Source: an uncultured Chloroflexia bacterium (GTDB lineage: Bacteria > Chloroflexota > UBA6077 > JACCZL01). From it: a stretch of DNA of 64,000 nucleotides. Positions 38,455 to 48,118 of the stretch are shown piece after piece; the first letter of the stretch is position 1; every line of letters begins with the position of its first letter. The stretch lies in NCBI GenBank assembly GCA_963765765.1, contig CAVXYC010000002.1:1-64000 (forward strand), written 5' to 3'. Below the pieces are notes generated by a model. It saw nothing but the letters and a program-made list of their open reading frames with translations. It ran no database searches and was not told the DNA's origin. The position numbers and the translations under genes are program-made.

Positions 38455-38805
38455 CTTGGCGATAACCAGGTGCCGCCAGCGGCGCCGTTGCCAGGATGCA
38501 CGGCAGGTCACCGTGCGTGCGGGTGGTGTGGCCTCGACCAGACGTGTCATCTGCCAGGAAGACGTCGCCAGGCGAGAAAGCTGTCTGGTGCCGTCCTCCA
38601 GGCCGATCTCTAGCTGCCCGGAATCAACGAAGACCACTTGTCTGCGCGGAGCCGGATGCAGATCCACCGTCCACCCCACCTCGTGCGTATTGAAATTGAT
38701 GGCCTTCGCCGCTCGCGGCTCGGTGGACTCTGGACTCCGAGTGAAATCCAGAGGTTCCAGCCGCGACACGCCGTCCGATCCCGAATAGAGTCGGTAGGGC
38801 GACAT
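38455..38805 (-). CDS. Small cupin-domain protein, paralog of 36581-36919, frameshifted
   Basis: MSPYRLYSGSDGVSRLE...DLHPAPRRQVVFVDSGQLEIGLEDG; ADDTSGRGHT continues in another frame. Confidence 0.75.
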
Positions 38806-38807
38806 TG

Positions 38808-39428
38808 CTATTGCCCATCAGCGATATTTGCACGTCGCTCGGCCCCGACTGTCTCCATCAAACGGACAAACATCTCGTAGGGCTGAGCTCCAACCACCGC
38901 GTATCCGCCAGCGACGAACGTGGGCACCCCTGTCACGCCAATCTGATGCGCTTCCTGGAATTGCTCAGTAACGACGTTCTGGTAACGCTTGTCCGCAAGG
39001 GCTTCTCGCAGATTCTCGCCATCCAGCCCAAGATCGTTAGCTATCTGCACCAGTACATCAGGCGATCCGATGTTGATGTTCTTTACGAAGTATGCGTCGT
39101 AAATGGCGTGGCGAAATTGCTCGCCGGCGCCCTGTTCACGGGCCCATTCGCTGGCCTCATGCGCCGGTTCGGAATCGAACCAATGCGTTCGCTCACCAAC
39201 CGGTAATCCAGCCTGATCCGCCATCCGCTGAAAGTTCTGTCCGCGCTGAGCACGGACTTCTGGCGGCCATGGGATCGGCTGACCCTCAGCGGGAATCCCA
39301 GGATGCAGGTCATACGCGCGCCATTCGATCTCAACGTCCCATTCACGTTGAAGCGTGTCGACCCGAGCCTGGCCGACGTAGCAGTACGGTCAAATAAAGT
39401 CGCTGTAGACGGTAAGTTTGGTGCTCAT
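38808..39428 (-). CDS. DsbA/FrnE-like thioredoxin-fold protein with in-frame TGA (candidate selenoprotein, UPYC)
   Basis: ATG 39428: MSTKLTVYSDFI-TGA-PYCYVG...IEWRAYDLHP continues in frame into ORF 38808-39224 (GVTGVPTF, VVGAQP). Confidence 0.88.
39357..39377 (-). promoter_or_regulatory. Candidate bacterial SECIS hairpin
   Basis: GTCGGCC-AGGCTCG-GGTCGAC stem-loop 12 nt after the TGA at 39392-39390. Confidence 0.55.
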
Positions 39429-39551
39429 CTGGCGCTCCAAAAGCAGGATGGATGTATCGCTCCGAAGGATAGCACTCCCCTGCCCTGCCCGTTGCACTCA
39501 TCTGTGCTTGAACTTATCCTCTGCGTCAAGCGATTCGTGGAGCACTTGTAC

Positions 39552-39968
39552 ATGGCGTACTTTCTGGCGAAGACCGAGCCGCACGAGTATTCGATCGACG
39601 ATCTCGCGAAGGCCGGGACCGATGACTGGGACGGTGTGGCCAATCCCACGGCGGTCAATAATCTCAAGGCGATGGCTGATGGCGACTACGTGTTCATCTA
39701 TCACTCAGGCGAGCGCGCCATTGTGGGCCTGGCGCAGGTCGTGGGAGACGGTCGCCCCGATCCAGACCTGCCCAAGAGCTGGCTCTCGACGTTCAAGTTC
39801 GTTGAGAAGTACCCTGAGCCCGTTGCCACGCTCGGGGACATCAAGGCGTCCGGCGAGTTCAACGACTGGGCGCTGGTCCGTATGGGCCGACTCTCGGTCA
39901 TGCCTGTGCCGGAGTCATTCTTGACGTGGCTTGGGCAGCGTGGTGTAAAGCTGCCCAAGAGCGCGTAA
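39552..39968 (+). CDS. EVE domain protein
   Basis: GGAG then MAYFLAKTEP..YSIDDL, WDGVAN, FIYHSG, LVRMGRLSVMPV. Confidence 0.92.
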   Translation: MAYFLAKTEPHEYSIDDLAKAGTDDWDGVANPTAVNNLKAMADGDYVFIYHSGERAIVGLAQVVGDGRPDPDLPKSWLSTFKFVEKYPEPVATLGDIKASGEFNDWALVRMGRLSVMPVPESFLTWLGQRGVKLPKSA

Positions 39969-39994
39969 GCTCGGGATTTTGGAGGGGACTCACC

Positions 39995-40867
39995 ATGACA
40001 GTCACGCCGGAGACGCCACAAATTCGGCCGACAGGTGCGATGCTGGGTGCGGAAATTACTGGGCTCGATCTTTCCCAACCGCTGACAGCTGAAGTAATCC
40101 AGATGGTTCAGCGGGCCTGGGATGATCACCTTGTGCTGCTTTTTCGTGACCAGGGCCTTGATGAGTCGGGTCTTCTCCAATTCGCTCGTCAGTTCGGCGA
40201 GCTCGACCTTCCCGGGCCAAATCCGTACGGCCGCACGCTGCTTCCTGACTTCCCGGAGCTGAACGTCGTCTCCAATGTCCTCGACGAGGCTGGCCAGCCT
40301 ATTGGGAACCTGGGCGATGGGGAGCTCGTCTGGCACGCGGACATGACCTACCAGGACGTGCCACCCAAAGGGGCGGTGCTCTCCGCCGTGGAGGTCCCCA
40401 CGGATGAGGGTGATACCTATTTCGCCAACATGATCGCGGCCTGCGCCGCGTTACCCGATCCCCTCCGCGAGGCAATTGAGGGCAAGCACGCCGTGCATGA
40501 CGCGGCCCACAATAGCGCCGGATTGCTGCGCAAAGGGTACGAGGAGCTGACTGATGTCACACTTACACCAGGCCCGCATCATCCTCTGGTGCACCGTGAC
40601 GCTCGCACTGGTCGGCAGGCACTCTTTCTTGGTCGGCGACCTCATGCATACATTCCCGGTCTTTCGGTGGCCGAAAGCGAATCATTGTTGGACCAGATCT
40701 GGGCTCATGCCAGCCGACCAGAGTTCGCCTGGCGACATCGCTGGCGACCCGGAGACGTGCTGATGTGGCAGAACCTCTGGGTACTGCATCGGCGAGACGC
40801 GTTCGACCCCGCCAGACGTCGCATTCTCCTTCGGGCTCAGATCCGAGGCGACCAATCGATTCAGTAG
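39995..40867 (+). CDS. TauD/TfdA family Fe(II)/2-oxoglutarate dioxygenase
   Basis: LGAEITGLDL, WHADMTY, HPLV, WRPGDVLMWQN...LHRR. Confidence 0.92.
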   Translation: MTVTPETPQIRPTGAMLGAEITGLDLSQPLTAEVIQMVQRAWDDHLVLLFRDQGLDESGLLQFARQFGELDLPGPNPYGRTLLPDFPELNVVSNVLDEAGQPIGNLGDGELVWHADMTYQDVPPKGAVLSAVEVPTDEGDTYFANMIAACAALPDPLREAIEGKHAVHDAAHNSAGLLRKGYEELTDVTLTPGPHHPLVHRDARTGRQALFLGRRPHAYIPGLSVAESESLLDQIWAHASRPEFAWRHRWRPGDVLMWQNLWVLHRRDAFDPARRRILLRAQIRGDQSIQ

Positions 40868-40878
40868 GATCGCCTGCT

Positions 40879-41943
40879 TTAAGAGCGACCTCCAGCTTTG
40901 GACGAAGGCTGAAACACCGCAAACGCCTTGTTGGAGTTGAACACATACGTCTCGATCCAGTCGAGCACATCAGCCTTGTAGTTCAGCTCGCTCATGGCGC
41001 CGGCGAGGCACACCCAATTGAGGAATTCCTGCTGGCCTGACTCCTCGATCTGAGCGACCGTGAGATCGCGCCAGTCACCGAATCGGCCTGTGCGTAGCTC
41101 ATCCACGCGGGCACGATCTGCATCCATGTCCGGATGGATCCAGGAGTGCTTGTCCACCAGGAACGCGTGCGACCAGCTCGACGATGCGACCAGCGCCACG
41201 CGATAGGGGCTGTCACGCATGATCCGCGCGGTGGCTCGGCCGATATCGAAACACCGCTTCGGGCTCGGAGAAGGCGGATCGACGGCCTCGTTGAATACCG
41301 CGTACTTCGCGTAGCCGTGATGGCGGATCACGCCGCTGCCGTAGCAGTTCACCGAGAACGGAATGACCGGATAGTCCAACCCACGCCGATCGTAATCGAG
41401 ATAGACGAGCGTGTTGATGTGCGCATGGCTGAGACCGTGCTTGTAGCTGGCCTTATAGGCGTAGGCAACATCGAATTCTTCCGCGAGAAGATCGCGAATG
41501 AGGCCCATGGCGGCGGCTCGATGACCTCGAACGGGCATAGTGAATGTCGGTGATTCATTCCAGACGTTAGGAACCTCATCCCAGCCACCGTGAAATGGGA
41601 CCGTGGGCTGTTCCTCGAACGCGTACACGCAAAACGCGGGTACAACCGTCTCGCGGAAGTTCTCGTATTGATCGTCGCCCCATATAAGCACGACGTCGGG
41701 TTTGAACGCGTCCAATTCCGCCCGCACCCGACGGAACCCTTCGATGTGACGGGCGCGGTGCATTGCCGCGGCGGTCTCGAGATCGGCCCACTCGCGCTGC
41801 ATGGTCTCGGGCCAGCGCTCGGGTAGCTTTCGCTCCGCCGGTACGGCGTCTTGCTTCAGCGTGTTCTTGAGAATGAATGCGAGGTCTCCTTGATAGAGCA
41901 TCAATGGGAAATGCGTCATTCCTATACCGAGAATCTCGCCCAC
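40879..41943 (-). CDS. Extradiol ring-cleavage dioxygenase (LigB-like, class III)
   Basis: GEILGIGMTHFP, PDVVLIWGDDQYENF, GLSHAH, VASSSWSHAFL, GQQEFLNW. Confidence 0.85.
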   Translation of the reverse strand: MGEILGIGMTHFPLMLYQGDLAFILKNTLKQDAVPAERKLPERWPETMQREWADLETAAAMHRARHIEGFRRVRAELDAFKPDVVLIWGDDQYENFRETVVPAFCVYAFEEQPTVPFHGGWDEVPNVWNESPTFTMPVRGHRAAAMGLIRDLLAEEFDVAYAYKASYKHGLSHAHINTLVYLDYDRRGLDYPVIPFSVNCYGSGVIRHHGYAKYAVFNEAVDPPSPSPKRCFDIGRATARIMRDSPYRVALVASSSWSHAFLVDKHSWIHPDMDADRARVDELRTGRFGDWRDLTVAQIEESGQQEFLNWVCLAGAMSELNYKADVLDWIETYVFNSNKAFAVFQPSSKAGGRS

Positions 41944-42365
41944 GTCGGCCCCCTTGCCGTCTGTCGCTCGTTCCGATGAGCTTAGCGCATCGTCTACGAG
42001 CGTTGGCTCATTACGAGCAACCATCTCATTAATGACAATGTGGGCTGGTACAATCGCATCACCTCGGAGTGGTGGTCCGAGGGTGGGGTGAGATGGCCGG
42101 TCAGGAGGAACGGAGCCGCATTAGTCTGCTACTCCGACGCGCTGGCTTCGGGTGACCCCGGGCTGAGCGTGAGCGATTCTTCACGCTTGGCCTGGAAGGC
42201 ACGCTCCACGAGCTCCTTCACCTGGAGCGTGTGTCCGAGAATTTCGAGCAGCTTCTCGAGTCGATGGAAGGTCACTTGTTGGACCTTCAGAACATCGAGG
42301 ACGTGCAGACTGGTGGCATTACCGGATGGGTCGCACACGACGACAGCTCGAGGAGAAGCTGACGC

Positions 42366-42525
42366 TCTTTACGGTGAGCCCGAAACTTAATGACCTCATC
42401 GAAGGCGATCTCAGCACACCGTCGATTTCCATCAGGTCTACGCCACCGTTCTGGAGGATTGGTTCAACGCCTCCGCCCCGTCGGTTCTCGGGAGCAGCTT
42501 CGATCGATTGGGCGTCGTCGCGTAG
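42366..42525 (+). pseudogene. 3' fragment of DUF1501-family gene
   Basis: LYGE..KLNDLIEGDL.HTVDFHQVYATVLEDWF...VLG; no 5' part present. Confidence 0.65.
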
Positions 42526-42546
42526 GGGTGAGCCGGCACAGCTTCA

Positions 42547-43203
42547 TCACGATGCCTGCCTCTCAATCAGCGCACTTGCTTCGTCCACCGTCCTGACCCG
42601 CGCTAGGATCGGGAAGACGGTGTCCATGAAAAACTCGTTGACGCCGGGTTTGGTCGAGCGGCAGGTATCGCGCAGGATGATCAAGGTCAGGCCGTGGTCA
42701 CGGATTGAGTAGGCGGTGCTGGCAATGCCCACTTCGGTGGTGCCGCCGGCGAGGATCAGCGTGTCAATGCCAGCCGTACGCAGGCTCAATTCCAGGTGCG
42801 TCTGGTGGAATGAGCTCCGGCGATGTTTGGGATGACGTAGTCGTCGGGGCGCGGGGCGATCTCGTCGATAAGTTGTGTCGCCTGGCTTCCTGCGACTGAA
42901 CCCGGATCGGCGGTGCAGCGCGGTCCGCTACCCGGCTCGCCGTGATGACCAAGGTCGACAATTGTCCTCGGCCAATCCTTAAAGTCCGGCCGATGCTCTG
43001 GCCGGGTGTAGAAGATGCTTATGCCAGCGTCCCGACAGGCTCTCGATGCTTTGTAATCTCGGGATGTAACCAGATTCGTTCACGGCGGCTTGGGCTGCCG
43101 GATCTTCTGGATGAAGTGAGCTACTCAGGGTATCGAAGAACAGCATTGCTGTTTTGCTCGGGACGATCGGGAAGTCCATGAGTGCCTCCGGAGTGATGTT
43201 CAT
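42547..43203 (-). CDS. Isochorismatase/cysteine hydrolase family, multiple frameshifts
   Basis: KTAMLFFD, IDEIAPRPDDYVI, LRTAGIDTLILAGGTTEVGIAST, IILRDTC. Confidence 0.75.
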
Positions 43204-43493
43204 ATCGTGTCGTCGTACGCATCATCCGAATACGCCATGCAGGTTCGCACCCATTGCACAATTCCACCACATCGGACGGACGGTCATAATTCCCAGGCAT
43301 TGGTGGGGGTCTGCGGACTTGCCGCCGATTACACTGAGATCAGGGGGACGTGAAGCGAGGGCGGAGGCCTGGACTGAGACTTGCAATGCGAGCAGGAGCG
43401 GGGCTGGCGGTCCGCGTTCGGGTTGTGGTACCGGCGTAGTGAAGGGACAACGATGGGGCATTGGACCAATGGTGACACCGTGAGGCGCTCGGT

Positions 43494-45038
43494 ATGACGA
43501 TGGCTGTGCCGGCCAGCGCGCCCAACCCACTCCGCGAGGGCTTGCCTAACCTGCGCGCTGCTCCACCCGGTGTCATAGTCATCTTCGGCGCGTCTGGAGA
43601 TCTTACGCACCGCAAGCTTGTGCCGGCGCTCTACAACCTGGCCATCAGCCGTTTGTTGCCGGCGGAATTCGCCGTGGTCGGCTTCTCGCGTACCAAGATG
43701 ACCAGCGAGGAGTTTCGGGCTGGGTTACTCGAATCGCTCCAGCAGTTCTCCCGCACGCAGCCGATCGATCTCGAGATCTGGAAAAGTTTTTCCGAAGGAA
43801 TTATTTACAACCCCGGCGGGTTCGACAGCACTGCCTCCTATCAAGACCTGGCGCGCATCCTGGTGGAGCTAGATCAGAAGCGTGGTACGGGCGGCAACCG
43901 TCTCTTCTATATGGCCACACCGCCAAGCCTGTTTCCAGTCATCACCAAGAAATTGGGCGAGGCCGGGTTGAATCGGGGCGGTGTGCGCGGGGCGTTTTCG
44001 CGACTGATCATCGAAAAGCCCTTCGGGTACGATCTCACCAGCGCCAGGGCCCTGAATCGCACGATTCACAACGTGTTCAACGAACGCTCTGTCTATCGCA
44101 TCGATCATTACCTCGGTAAGGAGACCGTCCAGAACCTCCTGGCGTTGCGGTTTGCCAACGGCATTTTCGAGCCGCTCTGGAACCGACAGTACGTGGACCA
44201 CGTGCAGATTACCGTGGCGGAGAGCGTCGGCGTGGAGGAGCGCGGCGGTTACTACGACGACGCAGGGGCGTTTCGCGACGTCGTTGCCAATCACATGCTG
44301 CAGGTGCTGGCGGTCATGGCCATGGAGCCGCCGGTGGTAGCGGACGCCGAATCTATTCGGGATGAGAAGGTCAAGGTGCTCAAGTCGCTTCGCCCAATTC
44401 GCGGTGAGGCAGTCGACGAGTACACCGTGCGAGGTCAGTACTCCGCTGGTTACGTGAGCGGTAACGAAGTGCCGGGCTATCGCGAAGAGGATGGCGTGCG
44501 CCCCAACTCTTCAACTGAGACATTCGCTGCGCTCGAAGTTTATCTGGACAACTGGCGTTGGGCGGATACGCCCTTCTACCTGCGGCATGGTAAACGTATG
44601 CCCAAGCGCGTCTCGGAAATTGCCATCCACTTCAAGCGACCTCCGCGGATGTTTTTCCAGGGCGATGAGCGGATGGATCCGAACGTGCTCGTTCTTCGAA
44701 TTCAGCCGAACGAGGGCATCACATTGCGCTTCGCGGCGAAAGTGCCCGGGCCCACGATGATGCTGCGCGATGTCAACATGGACTTCCTGTACGGGAGCTC
44801 GTTTCTTCGCCAGTCTCCGGACGCGTACGAGCGACTCCTCCTCGATGCCATGCTGGGTGATACGACGCTCTTTATACGTGCGGATGAGGTGGAGCAGGCC
44901 TGGGCCTGGAGCGACCCCATCGAAGAGCGTTGGGCGGAGCATCCCGAGCGAACATTGCTCTACCCAGCGGGAAGCTGGGGACCGGATTCAACGATGGTCA
45001 TGATCCAGCGCAATGGGGTGACATGGCGACAACCATAA
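43494..45038 (+). CDS. zwf: Glucose-6-phosphate 1-dehydrogenase
   Basis: IFGASGDLTHRKL, IEKPFG, YRIDHYLGKETVQN, NWRWADTPFYLR. Confidence 0.97.
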   Translation: MTMAVPASAPNPLREGLPNLRAAPPGVIVIFGASGDLTHRKLVPALYNLAISRLLPAEFAVVGFSRTKMTSEEFRAGLLESLQQFSRTQPIDLEIWKSFSEGIIYNPGGFDSTASYQDLARILVELDQKRGTGGNRLFYMATPPSLFPVITKKLGEAGLNRGGVRGAFSRLIIEKPFGYDLTSARALNRTIHNVFNERSVYRIDHYLGKETVQNLLALRFANGIFEPLWNRQYVDHVQITVAESVGVEERGGYYDDAGAFRDVVANHMLQVLAVMAMEPPVVADAESIRDEKVKVLKSLRPIRGEAVDEYTVRGQYSAGYVSGNEVPGYREEDGVRPNSSTETFAALEVYLDNWRWADTPFYLRHGKRMPKRVSEIAIHFKRPPRMFFQGDERMDPNVLVLRIQPNEGITLRFAAKVPGPTMMLRDVNMDFLYGSSFLRQSPDAYERLLLDAMLGDTTLFIRADEVEQAWAWSDPIEERWAEHPERTLLYPAGSWGPDSTMVMIQRNGVTWRQP

Positions 45039-46198
45039 AGACTGATGCGATGTCTGCGCCGCATGCCATAAGCACTGATGCGGCGTCCACGCCGCACTCG
45101 TTGCGCGAGACGTGGCGCTCTGATACACGCGGTATAGGCCGCCTGGAATCGGAGCTTGTCAAGCTGGAGCATGCCCTCGCGCTCGCTCAGGCCGAGGGAG
45201 AGACGAGGCTTCCTGCCCGCACCAGCGTGCTCAATCTGGTGGTCTACGTGAAAAACGAGACCGAGCTTGAGCAAGCCAGCGACGCAGTGCTCAATCTGGC
45301 CGGTAGACATCCCTCCCGCGCGATATACGTGATGCCAGGGGCATCAACGTCGGGCGAGGTGGAAGCGGAGCTGCGCGCACATGCACTGCCCCAGAGCGAG
45401 GGCATTGAGCAGATCTTTGTTGAGGAGATCCGACTTCGCACCGGCGCGCTCAGGACAGGGAACCTTCCAGAGCTGCTTTCACCTCTGCTCATCGCCGATC
45501 TGCCCACGTACGCCTGGTGCCATGAGCTGAGCGGGGAGAGCTCCACGGTGCTCGCCGCGCTGGCAGAGCTGGCCGATCAAGTGGTGGTGAATTCGGCTGC
45601 AGCTCCCGATCCGGCTGCAGCATTACGCACATTGGGGCCCTTTGGGCGGCAGATCATAGACTTCACCTGGTTGCGGCTCTTGCCGTGGTGCGAGCTCACG
45701 GCGCAGTTCTTTGATTCTGAATCGGCGCGCCGGCACCTCGATCAGATCACGACGCTCCAGATCGAATATTCGGGCTCAATGGCTGCTTCGGTGCTCTATG
45801 CGGGTTGGCTGGCGGACCGACTGGGCTGGGAGCCCTTCAGTGAGGACCGTGCGCCGCTCGTTCGTTTCTTTCGGCCCAATGACGAGCCCGGGCAGTACGC
45901 GTTGGCGCAGCTTTTCCCATCAAATGACGTGACGCCTCCGCGTGGGACTATCCTGGGCATCATTCTCCAGGCCCAGCGACCCGCCGCTGCACCGGCAAAA
46001 TTTCAGATTCGCCGAAGCGCCTCGGGCTCATCTACTCAGACTATGAGTAGATTGCCGAACGGCCGTCAATCTGTGCGCACTGCGCCGCTTCCATCGCATG
46101 ATGTGTCGTCGCTCCTGGCCGAGGCCCTGGATCTCATGTCCCCCAGTCGGGTCTATCAATACGCGCTTGCTAAAGCCGTGAAAATGCTAGGCGGTTAG
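45023..46198 (+). CDS. opcA: G6PDH assembly protein OpcA
   Basis: Overlaps zwf end; RTSVLNLVV, RHPSR, PLLIADLP, DFTWLRLLPW, GWLADRLGW. Confidence 0.88.
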   Translation: MATTIKTDAMSAPHAISTDAASTPHSLRETWRSDTRGIGRLESELVKLEHALALAQAEGETRLPARTSVLNLVVYVKNETELEQASDAVLNLAGRHPSRAIYVMPGASTSGEVEAELRAHALPQSEGIEQIFVEEIRLRTGALRTGNLPELLSPLLIADLPTYAWCHELSGESSTVLAALAELADQVVVNSAAAPDPAAALRTLGPFGRQIIDFTWLRLLPWCELTAQFFDSESARRHLDQITTLQIEYSGSMAASVLYAGWLADRLGWEPFSEDRAPLVRFFRPNDEPGQYALAQLFPSNDVTPPRGTILGIILQAQRPAAAPAKFQIRRSASGSSTQTMSRLPNGRQSVRTAPLPSHDVSSLLAEALDLMSPSRVYQYALAKAVKMLGG

Positions 46199-46258
46199 CG
46201 CGACTTCTCCGGTGGAAAGACGAGGCGCCCCATACGGTTTCGTTAAGCGGTGGGAGGC

Positions 46259-46336
46259 CGGTGGGACAGTCGTCTCCACTGTTCCCGTCTCCGATCGATC
46301 GTAATTCTCTGGACAGTCGAGACGACTGTCCCACCG
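46259..46336. repeat. REP-like doublet, family B
   Basis: CGGTGGGACAGTCGTCTC ... GAGACGACTGTCCCACCG. Confidence 0.8.
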
Positions 46337-46564
46337 ATTCACGGGCGATCTCCAGGCCTTATCTAAGCCGTATTAGATCGCGCTTGCCGCGTTCGCTCAC
46401 GTTTAGAGCGTCGTTCCAGTCGCTCGGCGCGGCTGTTCCGCCGGCTTCCAAAATTCACTCTGATGGGCCATAGCGAATCCCCACCCTAGGCGATGCCATA
46501 CGCGGGATAGTCGCGTAACCTGGGCGGAGTTGCCGCGCGCCGGTGAACAAGAAAAGGCAGGGAT

Positions 46565-47248
46565 GTGCAAGAAACCTCCGTGCGCGACGACGTCGTGCAG
46601 CGAGCCAAGGATGGAGACACGACGGCGTTCGCGGAGCTCTATGAGACATACGCTCCGCGACTCTACCGCTATTTCCTCCCGCGGGTAAGTGGGCACGCGC
46701 AAATCGCCGAGGATCTCACGGAAGAAGTCTTCGTGCGAGTACTCGAGCGATTCGATCAATACGAAGATCGCGGCCTTCCTTTTGGCGCCTGGCTCTTCCG
46801 CATTGCTCACAATCTGCTCATCGATTCCAGACGCCGCGCTCCGAATCAGCCGCACGTAGGCCTGGATGAGTGTGAGGAGATTGATTCTCCAGCCGCCCTC
46901 GGATCACTTGATCAGGCGCTGGACCACCATGAGCTCGGTCTGGCAATGAAGAGACTGACCGCGGAGCAGCAGCGAGTCATTCAGCTCCGGTTTCTGGACG
47001 GAATGACGATCGCGGATACCGCTCAGACGATGACCAAGACCGAGGAGTCGGTCAAGAAGCTGCAGGCGCGTGCGTTGCACGCTATGCGTCGCATGCTGGC
47101 CGAGCCGGTGGTGCCTCCACAGCGTGCACCTGAGTCTGTCAGCGATGCCACTGCATCCGTATCCGCGCCTGAAAGGGTGTCAGATGGCGCAGAGCGGCTG
47201 GCGCTTCTCCTTGCCGCCGCCATCCAGCGCATGAGGGGCCGGGTTTAG
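46565..47248 (+). CDS. ECF sigma-70 factor
   Basis: GDTTAFAELYE, AEDLTEEVF, FGAWLFRIAHN, region 4 HTH. Confidence 0.92.
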   Translation: MQETSVRDDVVQRAKDGDTTAFAELYETYAPRLYRYFLPRVSGHAQIAEDLTEEVFVRVLERFDQYEDRGLPFGAWLFRIAHNLLIDSRRRAPNQPHVGLDECEEIDSPAALGSLDQALDHHELGLAMKRLTAEQQRVIQLRFLDGMTIADTAQTMTKTEESVKKLQARALHAMRRMLAEPVVPPQRAPESVSDATASVSAPERVSDGAERLALLLAAAIQRMRGRV

Positions 47249-47983
47249 GTAGTTCTCTCCCCGACACCTACCTACTGGACGCCTCCGCCGACTCGCGTAG
47301 CTCTGTCGGCTGAGGACGTCCATGGCTGGATAGCGAACCTGGACGTCGTCCGTATGAATGCGAGTAGGTTGCTCGCTATCTCTCTCCCGATGAGCATGAG
47401 CGCGCAGCGCGTGTACGGCTCACTCACGACCGGCAGCGCTGGACGGTGGCACAAGGCACGCTGCGAATGCTCCTGAGTATGTATCTCGATACGAGCCCGT
47501 GTCTGATCGAGCTTACCTATAGCCCCCTGGGGAAGCCGTCCGTCGCCTTTCACGGCGATCCCGATCTGCGCTTCAACCTTAGCCACTCAGACGATCTCGT
47601 ACTCTACGCCTTCTCACTGGATCGAGACCTGGGAGTCAATCTCGAGTCCTGTCGGCCGAACGACGATGAGCTACCGGTGGCCGAACGCCCTATCCCACAT
47701 GGATGAAACAGCTTTTATCACATCACAAAGCGGTCCGGATCGGCAGCGAGCGTTCTTGCGTTGCTGGACGGCCAAGTGGGCCTACTTCAAGGTCCGAGGT
47801 CTCGGCCTCACCACCGCCGCCCAAAACCAGGTTCGTGTCGTCGGCGAGGAGGAGGTGCACGCTCCGCGTGGCTTGAACGTGGTGCCTGTGGACCCGACAC
47901 TTGACGCGATCGCGATGGTGGCCGTCTACGGATCTACTCGAAAGATCGAGACCTGGAGCTGGCTCTCCCCGTTTAACCCCTGA
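47249..47983 (+). pseudogene. Sfp-type 4'-phosphopantetheinyl transferase, degenerate
   Basis: GKP, RFNLSHS; catalytic motifs altered (LGVNLE for GVDxE, WTAKWA for WTxKEA) plus frameshifts and no clear start. Confidence 0.7.
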
Positions 47984-48118
47984 GCAAGCACACACCGGCT
48001 TCTTCACCGCGCTCATTCACTCTTCCCTGACTGAGTTACACTCTGCCTTCAGACACTGCATCGTGCGTGGGTTTGGTTGGCGCGTGATGCGCGACCTGCC
48101 TGGTGAAGGAGAACACTC

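Noticed and set aside
48057-48092. Hairpin upstream of the TPP-dependent enzyme as a TPP riboswitch
   Set aside because: Lacks the GCTGAGA and CTGAT...AATGC..GCG.AGGGA consensus
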